A DNA stretch of 60,174 nt from Candidatus Heimdallarchaeota archaeon (GTDB taxonomy: Archaea > Asgardarchaeota > Heimdallarchaeia > Heimdallarchaeales > Kariarchaeaceae): positions 1 through 60,174 of the forward strand of contig WAKA01000203.1 in NCBI GenBank assembly GCA_015523565.1. The letters are read 5' to 3'. Positions 47,982 to 56,938 of this stretch are shown here, piece by piece (within the stretch, counting starts at the first letter, position 1; every line of letters begins with the position of its first letter). Position numbers and translations under genes: made by a program. Below the pieces are notes generated by a model, which saw nothing but the letters and a program-made list of their open reading frames with translations, had not been told where the DNA came from and ran no database searches.

Positions 47982-49880
47982 TTGGATGAGTACAAAGACA
48001 TTTTCATAGCAGAATTGGATGAAAACACGAAACTTTTGAGTGATTCCCTACTTAAACTAGAGAGGAGTCCCTCCCAACTGAAACCATTGGAAGATGTTAT
48101 CAGGGCCGCACACACTGTGAAAGGTATGGCCGCCACTATGGGATTTGAAAACCTTACCAGGTTGACTCACACAGTGGAATCAAAATTAAGGGAAATCCAA
48201 CAGCAGGGTAAGATCTCCAAAAACTTGGTTGATTCACTCTTCCAAGTCGTGGATCGATTGGAACAATTCAAGGAATTTATGGAAGATGACAAGGATTTAT
48301 CAAAAATCCAAGTTGATGATTTGATAAGGTTTCTTGAGAAATATGACCTTCAGGCTGACCTAGAACTTGAACAGGAAGGCGCCACAGAACCTCGACTCAA
48401 ATTGGAAAACAAATTCTCAATAACCGTGAAATTCAAACGCGGTGCCAAACTGTTGGGTGCAAGAGGATTTCAGTTGTTAAGGGCCATTGAGAATGTCGCC
48501 CAAGTGATCAAGTCTACTCCTCCTCGAAGCGACTTGGAAGAAGGAAAACTCCTTGGGGATGTAACTTTTGAAATCATTACAAATGAGGACGAGGTTAGCC
48601 TCAGGCAGGTTATTTCATCTATTGAGGATATTGATGAAGTTATCATTTCCCGACTTGTTGAAAAAGAAGAGGGTCCAAAAATCAAAGTTACAAGAGGCAT
48701 CCAGACAGTCCGTGTAAACCTCAACCAATTGGACGAGGTCGTTGACCTTCTTGGAGAACTTGTTCTTAACAGGGGACGCTTAGAATCCATTCTAGGAAAC
48801 ATGATCAATCCAGAAATCGTTGAAAACCTGAATACATTTGACTCATTGATCACCACAATCCAAGACAAATTGATGAGAATGAGAATGGTTCCATTGAACC
48901 GTATCTTCGAAACCTATCCAAGAACAGTCAGGGATATTGCGTCCAAAAAGGGACAAGACATTCAAATCTTTCTCCAAGGTTCCCATATTGAATTGGATCG
49001 ATCTGTCATTGACCAAGTGAATGAGGCATTGTTGCACCTCATCAGAAATGCCGCAACCCATGGGATTGAACCTCCTGATATCCGCAAAAAGCTTGGAAAG
49101 CCAGTTGTCGGAACAATTCGCGTTTCTGCTTTCCAAGATAAGGGAGAGGTACAAATCGTGGTCGAGGATGACGGTAGCGGTCTTGATCTGGAAAAAATCA
49201 GGAAAAAAGGAATCCAAATGGGGTTGATTGATGAAAAAACAAGATTAACCAGATCACAGGTTGCCGCACTTATCTTCCATCCTGGCTTTAGCACAGCAGA
49301 CGTTCTTACTGATGCCGCAGGACGAGGGGTTGGCATGGATATCGTGAAAGAAACAATAAATGAGATTTCAGGATCTATTGAAATTAGATCCAAGAGAAAT
49401 GTGGGCACCCAATTCATCATACGGGTTCCTCAAACACTCGCCATCATTGAAGCATTGATCGTTCAGATCAACAATTACCATTTTGCCCTGCCAATGCTGA
49501 ACATTGAAAAAATCTTTTCGGAAGATGATCCCTCAATAGAATACCATGAGGACGATGTATTCCTGAAATATGAAAAATTCACAATTCCTGTTATTGACCT
49601 TGAAAAGTCACTTATTGTCCCATCCCATATCAAACCCGCATATGACGAAGATCAAAGCATGAAAAAACAAAAGAAAAAGGTAGTCCTTTGGGAAAAGGGC
49701 GGCAAGCGGGTTGCTTTCAAGGTCACCAATGTTCTTGAACAGAGGGAAATAGTCACTAAGCAATTTGATGAGGTATTGGCAGAATATCCTGGATTTTCTG
49801 GAGCCACAATCTTAAAAGAAGAAGAGGTTGTGCTTATCCTTGACCCTTCAACATTCCATGAACTGACTTTGTACGCATGA
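47982..49880 (+). CDS. cheA: Chemotaxis histidine kinase CheA (P1-P5)
   Basis: RAAHTVKG (P1), P2-like region, LLGELV, RMVP, HLIRNA, DDGSG, IFHPGFST, GRGVGMD, GATIL (P5). Confidence 0.97.
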   Translation: MDEYKDIFIAELDENTKLLSDSLLKLERSPSQLKPLEDVIRAAHTVKGMAATMGFENLTRLTHTVESKLREIQQQGKISKNLVDSLFQVVDRLEQFKEFMEDDKDLSKIQVDDLIRFLEKYDLQADLELEQEGATEPRLKLENKFSITVKFKRGAKLLGARGFQLLRAIENVAQVIKSTPPRSDLEEGKLLGDVTFEIITNEDEVSLRQVISSIEDIDEVIISRLVEKEEGPKIKVTRGIQTVRVNLNQLDEVVDLLGELVLNRGRLESILGNMINPEIVENLNTFDSLITTIQDKLMRMRMVPLNRIFETYPRTVRDIASKKGQDIQIFLQGSHIELDRSVIDQVNEALLHLIRNAATHGIEPPDIRKKLGKPVVGTIRVSAFQDKGEVQIVVEDDGSGLDLEKIRKKGIQMGLIDEKTRLTRSQVAALIFHPGFSTADVLTDAAGRGVGMDIVKETINEISGSIEIRSKRNVGTQFIIRVPQTLAIIEALIVQINNYHFALPMLNIEKIFSEDDPSIEYHEDDVFLKYEKFTIPVIDLEKSLIVPSHIKPAYDEDQSMKKQKKKVVLWEKGGKRVAFKVTNVLEQREIVTKQFDEVLAEYPGFSGATILKEEEVVLILDPSTFHELTLYA

Positions 49881-49902
49881 ACTCGCTTGGCTTTGCATGA
49901 AC

Positions 49903-50901
49903 TTACTTGATTGGTAAATTGCCTTCAAATTCAGATCTTAGATAGTCTGGCGTGATATTTGCATAAATTTGCGTCGTATCCAATGATGAGTGACCAAGCA
50001 ATTGCTGGATTGCACGGATATTGGTCTTGTTCATCACAAGATGGGAAGCAAATGAATGCCTGATCATGTGTGGTGTTGTATGCCTGACACCTGTTTTTTC
50101 AGAAATCTGTGAAATGAAATGCTGTATGGTTCTGTTGGCTACTCGCTTTCCCCTGTTGCTCAAAAACAATGCCCGTTTTGCATCTTCCGATATGGAGCCA
50201 TGACGTTTGATTGTCTTTTCAATTACCCTTTTTCTCTCTCCATCAATATATGCCTTTATTGCCGCCGCCGCCCTCGGTGTAAGCAGAACAAGTCTGTCCT
50301 TGCTTCCTTTCCCTCCCCTGATTATGATCTGCCCAGTTGTTTGCTTTTCAACTTCGCCAGTTTCAGTGACAACTTCCTTGTAATTAAATTCAATGTCCTC
50401 AAGATTTATGTTCCTGACCTCATTGCATCTCGCCCCTGTGGAATATAAAACCTCCAAAACAGTTTGGTGCATCTGTGATTTTTTCTGTGAGTTAAGCAGT
50501 TTTGCCATGTCGTCCTTTGGCAAGAACTTTGGAAGTGACTTTGCCCGTTTTGGATATGATAGGTCTTCAGCAGGGTCTTCATTTATAATCTTGTTGCTTT
50601 TTAAGAACTTGAAAAAGCCTTTCAAAGTGCAGACTCTTCTATGTATGCTTGAAGGCTTATTCTCACGATTATTGTGCAGGAATGCAAGAAAACCTCGCAA
50701 ATGAAATATGCTGACCTGTTTCCAATTTACATTGTTTGTGTTGTCGATATATCCATTCTCCTTTAACCAATTGATCAAAGAAAAGAGATCATGTGAATAC
50801 CCTTTGATTGTATTTTTTGAAGAACCCTTTTCAATTTCCATATACGCAAGAAAGTTTTTGACCATCAAGTCATTCACTTGGTCTGCAAACGTCATTGACA
50901 T
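49903..50901 (-). CDS. xerA: XerA/XerC-like tyrosine recombinase
   Basis: N-terminal core-binding domain; STGARCNE, GKGSK, PHMIRHSFA, LLGH and TQIY, so the catalytic set is complete. Confidence 0.88.
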   Translation of the reverse strand: MSMTFADQVNDLMVKNFLAYMEIEKGSSKNTIKGYSHDLFSLINWLKENGYIDNTNNVNWKQVSIFHLRGFLAFLHNNRENKPSSIHRRVCTLKGFFKFLKSNKIINEDPAEDLSYPKRAKSLPKFLPKDDMAKLLNSQKKSQMHQTVLEVLYSTGARCNEVRNINLEDIEFNYKEVVTETGEVEKQTTGQIIIRGGKGSKDRLVLLTPRAAAAIKAYIDGERKRVIEKTIKRHGSISEDAKRALFLSNRGKRVANRTIQHFISQISEKTGVRHTTPHMIRHSFASHLVMNKTNIRAIQQLLGHSSLDTTQIYANITPDYLRSEFEGNLPIK

Positions 50902-51038
50902 TATTGCGCTTCTGAATTATATGTATTAAAGGCGTACTGGAAGAATAGTGGAGTATTGTTCAAGTTCCTTTTTGAAATGTTCATTAGAAATGGCGATGTA
51001 GGAAAATACTTAATATTATTGAAACCACATTATCCATA

Positions 51039-51827
51039 ATGAAAAAGATTATCGTGTACTTTCTTCTTTTAACCCTTTTAATTACCTTGCCATTTACTGC
51101 TTCTGCACAAAAATATTACCTATCAACTCCATCAGGTGCACAAATCAGCAGTGACTTTGATATAACATCGTACCAGAATATTACTTTGGCACAATTTTAT
51201 GGTAAAATGACTCTTTCCTGGTATGCCCAAAGTGTGCCATTAATAAGATTTACAAATATTTCATTGTTTATACAGCTTTTTGATGATACAGAAAAGAAGT
51301 TGATGTCAACTTCATTCAATTCAACCGATACATTGGATTTTGTGGGTGATTATGTAGAAATACAATTTGAAATAGCGTATGATATAAATGAAATATTGAA
51401 CTCTTCCCAAATTGATAGTGTCATATTGAAATCAGAAATAATTTTCCAAGAAGAAAAAAGCAATGTGGTCATAAACAGTGTTACATCTCCAATCTTTGAA
51501 ATCGATACTATTTCAATTGATTATTCCATGATTAAGGATTATTACAATCCCAATCCTTCGACCCCTTCAAGCTTTGAACCTGAACCTATCACTTCTACCC
51601 CTTCAATAAATTTCCCCTTAATCATAACATATACAATTGCAATTGTTAGTGTAATCATTTTCATTTCATGGGTTATTAACAAAATGAATAAGGATGAAAA
51701 AGTCGCAAAGCCAATCAAGTCAGTGGTCATAAAGAAATCAACTTCCAAATTCAAGACATGCCCAACTTGCGGTAAAGTAGTTCATCCTTCAGATTTGTTC
51801 TGTATGGATTGCGGAACCAAACTCTAA
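51039..51827 (+). CDS. Single-pass membrane protein with C-terminal zinc ribbon
   Basis: Signal peptide, P/S/T linker, TM helix, CPTC...CMDCG. Confidence 0.8.
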   Translation: MKKIIVYFLLLTLLITLPFTASAQKYYLSTPSGAQISSDFDITSYQNITLAQFYGKMTLSWYAQSVPLIRFTNISLFIQLFDDTEKKLMSTSFNSTDTLDFVGDYVEIQFEIAYDINEILNSSQIDSVILKSEIIFQEEKSNVVINSVTSPIFEIDTISIDYSMIKDYYNPNPSTPSSFEPEPITSTPSINFPLIITYTIAIVSVIIFISWVINKMNKDEKVAKPIKSVVIKKSTSKFKTCPTCGKVVHPSDLFCMDCGTKL

Positions 51828-52594
51828 AATGCTTTATTAATTGCATCATTTTTCAGATAAGGTGGTACATATATCTCCTTTTTGGGAATTTTCTTGATTG
51901 CACACCACAAATTAATGACAGTTTTTCCGTCTACCAATACCAAGTCGTTCTTTTCTGCATATTTTTTTGCATCGGAAAGGGATAGCGCCTTAAACGTTTT
52001 TGAATCCATCATTTCACACATGACAACGGAAGGTGCTTGTTTTGCCAATTCACAGAGTGCCAATCCTAATTCTGTATGTCCTAAACGGGATTTCATCAAT
52101 CCAGGTGCTCCACGCAAGATCGGTACGTGCCCTGGCAATCTGAATTTTGATCCAAAAGACTTAATCAGGTCTTCTTTGGAACTACCGAGCATAAAATTTC
52201 TTGCCTCATTCCCCAATTCAGAAATGGTCAATGCTCGATCGGTATCGGTAATCCCCGTAAATGCATTGACATGGTTGACATTCACAGAAAATGACGATCG
52301 TGCACCATAAGGCAAGCCATGGCTTCTCATTTTCCTTATGACTGGATAGAGGTTTTGGACATTGTCATAAACCGTGGCTATGAACGGCAACTGTAGTTTC
52401 TTGCAATGCTCATCACTTAAGGCAGTACAGATTAATCCGCCTGCATCTTCCCGCATCTGTGCCACATTTGCAGGGGTAACCAATTCCGATGGGAACATCA
52501 TATCGATTTCCCCTTCCCTCTTATCCGAATCAAAAAGCAAAATTGGTTTTCCTTTATCCCAGCTTTCCCTAATTCTCTTTAATGTGTCGAAAAT
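51824..52594 (-). CDS. ribB: 3,4-dihydroxy-2-butanone 4-phosphate synthase (archaeal type)
   Basis: FDSDKREGE.D, GGLIC, TGITDTDRA, PGHV, R.GHTE, CEM. The homologous N-terminal helix extends upstream of the track start (52540) to a candidate ATT at 52594. Confidence 0.93.
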   Translation of the reverse strand: MFDTLKRIRESWDKGKPILLFDSDKREGEIDMMFPSELVTPANVAQMREDAGGLICTALSDEHCKKLQLPFIATVYDNVQNLYPVIRKMRSHGLPYGARSSFSVNVNHVNAFTGITDTDRALTISELGNEARNFMLGSSKEDLIKSFGSKFRLPGHVPILRGAPGLMKSRLGHTELGLALCELAKQAPSVVMCEMMDSKTFKALSLSDAKKYAEKNDLVLVDGKTVINLWCAIKKIPKKEIYVPPYLKNDAINKAF

Positions 52595-52684
52595 ATTATC
52601 AGTCTCCTTTCAATGTTGCCTTTCAATTGGTTTTATTTCTATTTTTACATTCTTCCCTGCACTAGAATTTAGATTTTCACGAAT

Positions 52685-53158
52685 TTACGCATTGACAGGT
52701 CCCGCATCCTCATGACCTTGACGAATTCCTTGGCCCGCACGTTTTGTCAGCCAAGAGGGATCCAACAGCAGGTAGATTGCATTATAGGCATGTTTTGTTG
52801 CCCTATCCTTCATTATGGCTTTTAAATGCCTATCATCTTTCCCTTCATCCTCATGTACAAATACCTCAATGACATGCTTTCTTGTCATCAATTGGCATTG
52901 ACCGATCATGGTGCTGGCAACCTGTGCCGACATTTTATCATAGGTCTTTGGACCAGGCATCCCCAAGGCTATAACCAAATCACAACCTCTTTCCTCTATC
53001 AGCTTTAATGCAGCAACTGGTAGGTCCTTTATTCCAGGTACAGTATATCTTTCGTATGTGATCCTTCCCGTGAATTCCTCAAAAACAGTTATGACATCTT
53101 TCGCCATGTCATAACGGGCAAACATTGTGTCTACTATTCCAATCTTAGGCACAACCAT
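52685..53158 (-). CDS. ribC: Archaeal riboflavin synthase
   Basis: KIGIVDTMFARYDM, RYTVPGIKDLPVA, GMPG, IEVFVHEDE, G.RQG..DAG. Confidence 0.95.
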   Translation of the reverse strand: MVVPKIGIVDTMFARYDMAKDVITVFEEFTGRITYERYTVPGIKDLPVAALKLIEERGCDLVIALGMPGPKTYDKMSAQVASTMIGQCQLMTRKHVIEVFVHEDEGKDDRHLKAIMKDRATKHAYNAIYLLLDPSWLTKRAGQGIRQGHEDAGPVNA

Positions 53159-53199
53159 CTTTTCACAGGTTTCAATAAGAACTCTCCCATTCATTCAAT

Positions 53200-53787
53200 T
53201 CAAGGAAGCTCAAGTTCAATGGATGCGTTCTCTTCAATGCTCTTGCAACAGCTTATCGCCTCTTCCAAAACAGGTGGTTTGACATCATCCCGTTTGTGTT
53301 CCTGTATCCATTCAATCAATTCCTTCAATGGCTTGCCACAGCATCTGCCTGTTGGATTGGTGATTTTGCAATCTTTTCCCTTGTTTGCTCCCGTAAAATT
53401 TTGAATGTCAATCAAGCTGTCACAACAATGTTTTACAACCATTTCCTCAATGATCTCTTCCTCTAGAACCTGCATGCAATAACAGACGGGCCTGTTCTCT
53501 GTGCCAATCTCCATTTTGTGCATCACTGGTGTCCTTAATTCCTCCTGAACAAAGATGTGGGTGTTTTTTTTGCTAAAATAAATCACTGGACATTGTTTAT
53601 TAGGGCAAAAATAATAATCGTCTTCCTTGACTTTCCTCCAATATTTGGGCATGGCATGGCTTCCAATGGTGATCCTGAACACTCTCTTTCCCTTGTCCCC
53701 TGAAATGGGGCAATTTTTGCCATTTAGTTCAATACCTTCCTTCAATTGTTGTAAAACAATTCCTGAAACCGTCTTAAATTCATTCAT
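53200..53787 (-). CDS. CopZ-NT-like Zn/[2Fe-2S] protein
   Basis: YYFCPNKQCPVIYF, VCYC, C...NPTGRCC. Confidence 0.82.
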   Translation of the reverse strand: MNEFKTVSGIVLQQLKEGIELNGKNCPISGDKGKRVFRITIGSHAMPKYWRKVKEDDYYFCPNKQCPVIYFSKKNTHIFVQEELRTPVMHKMEIGTENRPVCYCMQVLEEEIIEEMVVKHCCDSLIDIQNFTGANKGKDCKITNPTGRCCGKPLKELIEWIQEHKRDDVKPPVLEEAISCCKSIEENASIELELP

Positions 53788-53854
53788 ATCTAAACATCTT
53801 CTGAAAGAGATAATAACTTCTCTTTTCAAATAAATTAATTTTTCTCCCCATTTT

Positions 53855-54622
53855 TTACAAATTCTTAAAATTTATCTTAAGGAATTCTTTTGAATTGTCA
53901 AAAATTTGATTGCTCAATTCTTCTAAGCCCATTGAATGAAATTTCCCTATATTTGGCAGTACTGTTTCAAGAACCATTGTGGGAACACCAACCTTTCCTT
54001 GGTATTTTACATTTCCATCAGATTCGGTCAATAACCTGTCCAAGGGAACATGCTCCAAAACCTTTTGATGGGCTTTTGAATATTCAACGGCAGGATTGAC
54101 TGAAAAGTAGCATCCCATCGATACAAATTTTTTTATGAACTCTTCAGATCCAGAATACCAATGAAGAGAAATTAATGCAGGGTCAATACCCGTTTCCCTT
54201 ATTAATTTCAGAAAATCATCATGAGCATCAACGCAATGTATTGACAAGGGTTTTGACAATTCACCTGCAATAATCAAGATATTCTTCAGAAATTCTCTCT
54301 GATAAGGATATCTTTCCACCTTTTGGACAAATCGATAGTCAAGTCCCACTTCACCGATTAAGGTTCCTTCTTCTGCCATTTGCTTGATTTGCTCGTATTC
54401 TTCCGTTGTATATTCCCTTTTGACTTTCCACGGATGCACTCCAATTCCTGCAATGATCTGCTTGTATTCTTTGGCAAGCTTCAATGACTTTTCCGATTGT
54501 GATATGTTCATCGCCATACCACAAACCCAAATATTCTTTCTTTTCCATTTTTCATTCCATTTTTCGGTTCCTGGAAAAAATGGTGAGCGAGGAACGTGAC
54601 AATGTATATCTATTATTTTCAT
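53855..54622 (-). CDS. tatD: TatD-family nuclease
   Basis: DIHCH, GVHPW, IGEVGLD, IHC, HWY, LLTESD. Confidence 0.92.
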   Translation of the reverse strand: MKIIDIHCHVPRSPFFPGTEKWNEKWKRKNIWVCGMAMNISQSEKSLKLAKEYKQIIAGIGVHPWKVKREYTTEEYEQIKQMAEEGTLIGEVGLDYRFVQKVERYPYQREFLKNILIIAGELSKPLSIHCVDAHDDFLKLIRETGIDPALISLHWYSGSEEFIKKFVSMGCYFSVNPAVEYSKAHQKVLEHVPLDRLLTESDGNVKYQGKVGVPTMVLETVLPNIGKFHSMGLEELSNQIFDNSKEFLKINFKNL

Positions 54623-54707
54623 TTTGCTATTATAAGGCAAAAAACTTTTCAAAATTTTTTGTGCTAATCATCAATATTTTATAATTCAAAAGTGCATTTA
54701 ATCGCGA

Positions 54708-55115
54708 ATGCTTAAGAGAAACCATTTGCAGCCAATTTCTGAATTCATCTCTGAAAGGCAGGAATGCAAGGATATTGTCCAAGCCTTGTTTGGTCTAAAT
54801 CATCTTGAGTTTACAATCTTTTGCTCCCTCAATATGCTGAAAAAAGCAGACATCAATGAAATTATGAAGTATACAAAAAGGAATGAAAGAACCCGTGTGA
54901 ACAGGGCTTTGCTTAAATTGCTGGAGGAAAACCTATGCACTAGGGCAAAAGAGAAAACCCCTGAAGGGACAACACGTTATTATTACTCTCCCATTCCTAT
55001 AGAGGTGTTGCAGGAAAGGCTGGAAAAAAAACTCGATAATTGGTATGCACATGCCCTTAATGAAATAAAAAACATGAAAGAACATTTTGAAGCGGAAGTC
55101 TCCAAAAAGAATTAG
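54708..55115 (+). CDS. TrmB-like winged-helix transcriptional regulator
   Basis: FGLN.LE, ERTRVNRALLKL and YYYSP pattern typical of small archaeal TrmB-type HTH proteins. Confidence 0.8.
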   Translation: MLKRNHLQPISEFISERQECKDIVQALFGLNHLEFTIFCSLNMLKKADINEIMKYTKRNERTRVNRALLKLLEENLCTRAKEKTPEGTTRYYYSPIPIEVLQERLEKKLDNWYAHALNEIKNMKEHFEAEVSKKN

Positions 55116-55705
55116 CTTGCAATGGTTTTGAAATGGGTTCCTCTCCAAGGAAAGAAACGTCCCACCTTGTTTCTATATTCACTATACTCTTTAAAGACCT
55201 TTAATAATTTCTTTTCCTCAAAATAAGAACCGACAACAAAATAGCCCCCTGCACCCAAAAACCACGAAATTGTTGTTTCATTGGGATCAATAACAATAAA
55301 TGCAAAAAAGGCAAGTATTGCAGAAGTATAAACGGGATGCCTGCTTATCTTATAGATACCGTCAGTTCTCAATGGATCATCCTCTTCCTTGAGACCAACA
55401 AATCCCAACAAATTCCATGCCATGAGACCTAGAATGCCAAAAATCCCAGAGACTGCAAAAAGAGTGACTGCCAAGATTTTCCGCCAAAATTCTATTTGTG
55501 ACATACTAAACAAGTATGGAGAAAGTGAGGGAACGTTAACAATCACAAAAAGAAAAATCAATGTCGCAACGATATTATAAAAAATACGATATCCCCGCCC
55601 TTTCAATGGAAATTTATCCTTTACACCCTCAAACGCCAAAATCGTGTGGGAAAGACCAAAAATCATCCAATAAAAAATATATTTTCCAAGAAGAAAATAA
55701 TCCAT
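55112..55705 (-). CDS. ICMT/PEMT-superfamily membrane methyltransferase (Nurim/MddA-like)
   Basis: F...H...A, YRIFYN, GIY..SRHPVY, EEKKL...F.EY..Y...V..FFP. Confidence 0.85.
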   Translation of the reverse strand: MDYFLLGKYIFYWMIFGLSHTILAFEGVKDKFPLKGRGYRIFYNIVATLIFLFVIVNVPSLSPYLFSMSQIEFWRKILAVTLFAVSGIFGILGLMAWNLLGFVGLKEEDDPLRTDGIYKISRHPVYTSAILAFFAFIVIDPNETTISWFLGAGGYFVVGSYFEEKKLLKVFKEYSEYRNKVGRFFPWRGTHFKTIAS

Positions 55706-55941
55706 ATAAAATAAAACATGGGATGGTTTTAATAGCATTTTGATATCGGAGTGTTGCATTCTTACGAATTTTTATCCTTACAATAATATAACCTTCGAAA
55801 AACATATTTTTACACTGTCGTTTCGTTTTTGTACAAAACTGATTCAGCTTCCGAAACTAACCAGCTTCAGAAAGCTTGGCGTGATACTATCGTTGTTATC
55901 CTATGGATTTTGAACATGGTTAAGTGGGACACAGAAAAGGA

Positions 55942-56856
55942 TTAGTGTTCATTTCCATTCTTTTTTTCCACAAACTCTATAAGGATGGACAGGACGTTGT
56001 CAACTTTGTCATGAAGATTTCCAAGATCATTTCGAAGCTCTTCGGCCTTGTTTTCCAAAGAATCCACCTTGTTTTCCAAAGAATCCACCTTATTTTCCAA
56101 AGAATCCACCTTGGTTTCCACTTTGTTTTCCAAAGAATCTACCTTGGTTTCCAAAGAATCCACCTTGGTTTCCACTTTGGTTTCCAAAGAATCCATCTTG
56201 GTTTCCAAAGAATCCACCTTGCCTTCGACTGCATTTATGTGTTTTGTCTGATCCTGATTGAGCTCACTAAGTTTTTCGATGTCCTTTGAATGTTGCAGGA
56301 GCTGTTCCTGGTACATCGAGGTAAACTCATCCCAAAGTCCAAGCACGGAGCGACCTTCTTTCAGGATTTCATTCGCCAGTAATTCAGGAGGGGTTTCTTC
56401 GATCTCTACCTTTGACACAAGTATCCCTAGTACACAATACCCCTTAAACCTTTTAAAACCTTCCTGCATGCTAAATTTTTTTGCAATGGTTGTAATTAAA
56501 AGGAAATCAAGCTTTTTTGTGGCAATGTCGCTTTTGGTTTTCCGTATGGCATCAATGAGCCTGTTTCTGTTCTCGTTCAGCTTGGAGATGAACTTGATCT
56601 CGATCCTGCATTTTTTGGAATCAGAAGTGACAATCAGATCAACCCTGCCTTTGGTCTCCCAGACTGGATCTGAAAAATCAAAATGACCCAGCAAAAGCCT
56701 TGCGGATTCCTGCGAGAGCTTGTTGAGAGAAGGAAACCGGAAGATGACGAATTGTGCCACTGCATCATCATCATCGCAGACTTTTTTTGCAATCAATGAC
56801 CCCCAGTTGTTCCCATTGAAAAATAACTTTTTTGCAGAAAGGCAGAGAAATGACAA
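55942..56856 (-). CDS. PD-(D/E)XK nuclease-like domain with C-terminal repeat coiled coil
   Basis: E..GRVDLIV.....RIEIK motif; KVDSLE(T/N) repeats; start uncertain. Confidence 0.75.
   Translation of the reverse strand: MSFLCLSAKKLFFNGNNWGSLIAKKVCDDDDAVAQFVIFRFPSLNKLSQESARLLLGHFDFSDPVWETKGRVDLIVTSDSKKCRIEIKFISKLNENRNRLIDAIRKTKSDIATKKLDFLLITTIAKKFSMQEGFKRFKGYCVLGILVSKVEIEETPPELLANEILKEGRSVLGLWDEFTSMYQEQLLQHSKDIEKLSELNQDQTKHINAVEGKVDSLETKMDSLETKVETKVDSLETKVDSLENKVETKVDSLENKVDSLENKVDSLENKAEELRNDLGNLHDKVDNVLSILIEFVEKKNGNEH
56045..56228 (-). repeat. Intragenic 21/33-bp tandem repeat (TTCCAAAGAATCCACCTTG on +)
   Basis: Six close copies plus degenerate flanking units, encoding KVDSLEN/T. Confidence 0.88.
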
Positions 56857-56938
56857 CTGAAACTTATGAAATCACCATTTATTCTCAACTTCAAGCCATT
56901 ATAGGTATAATGAAATACCTTTTACAAAATTCATAATT

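Noticed and set aside
49903-51038. xerA as the integrase of a provirus, or an adjacent dif site
   Set aside because: The neighbours are chromosomal genes, and I could not find att repeats, a tRNA or a convincing 11-6-11 inverted repeat.
55112-55705. ICMT acting on the Rab-like GTPase (CAAX processing)
   Set aside because: The GTPase has no C-terminal Cys, and this family is widespread in prokaryotes with other substrates.
56045-56228. Repeat array resembling CRISPR or iterons
   Set aside because: Head-to-tail in-frame repeats encoding KVDSLE(T/N), without spacers.
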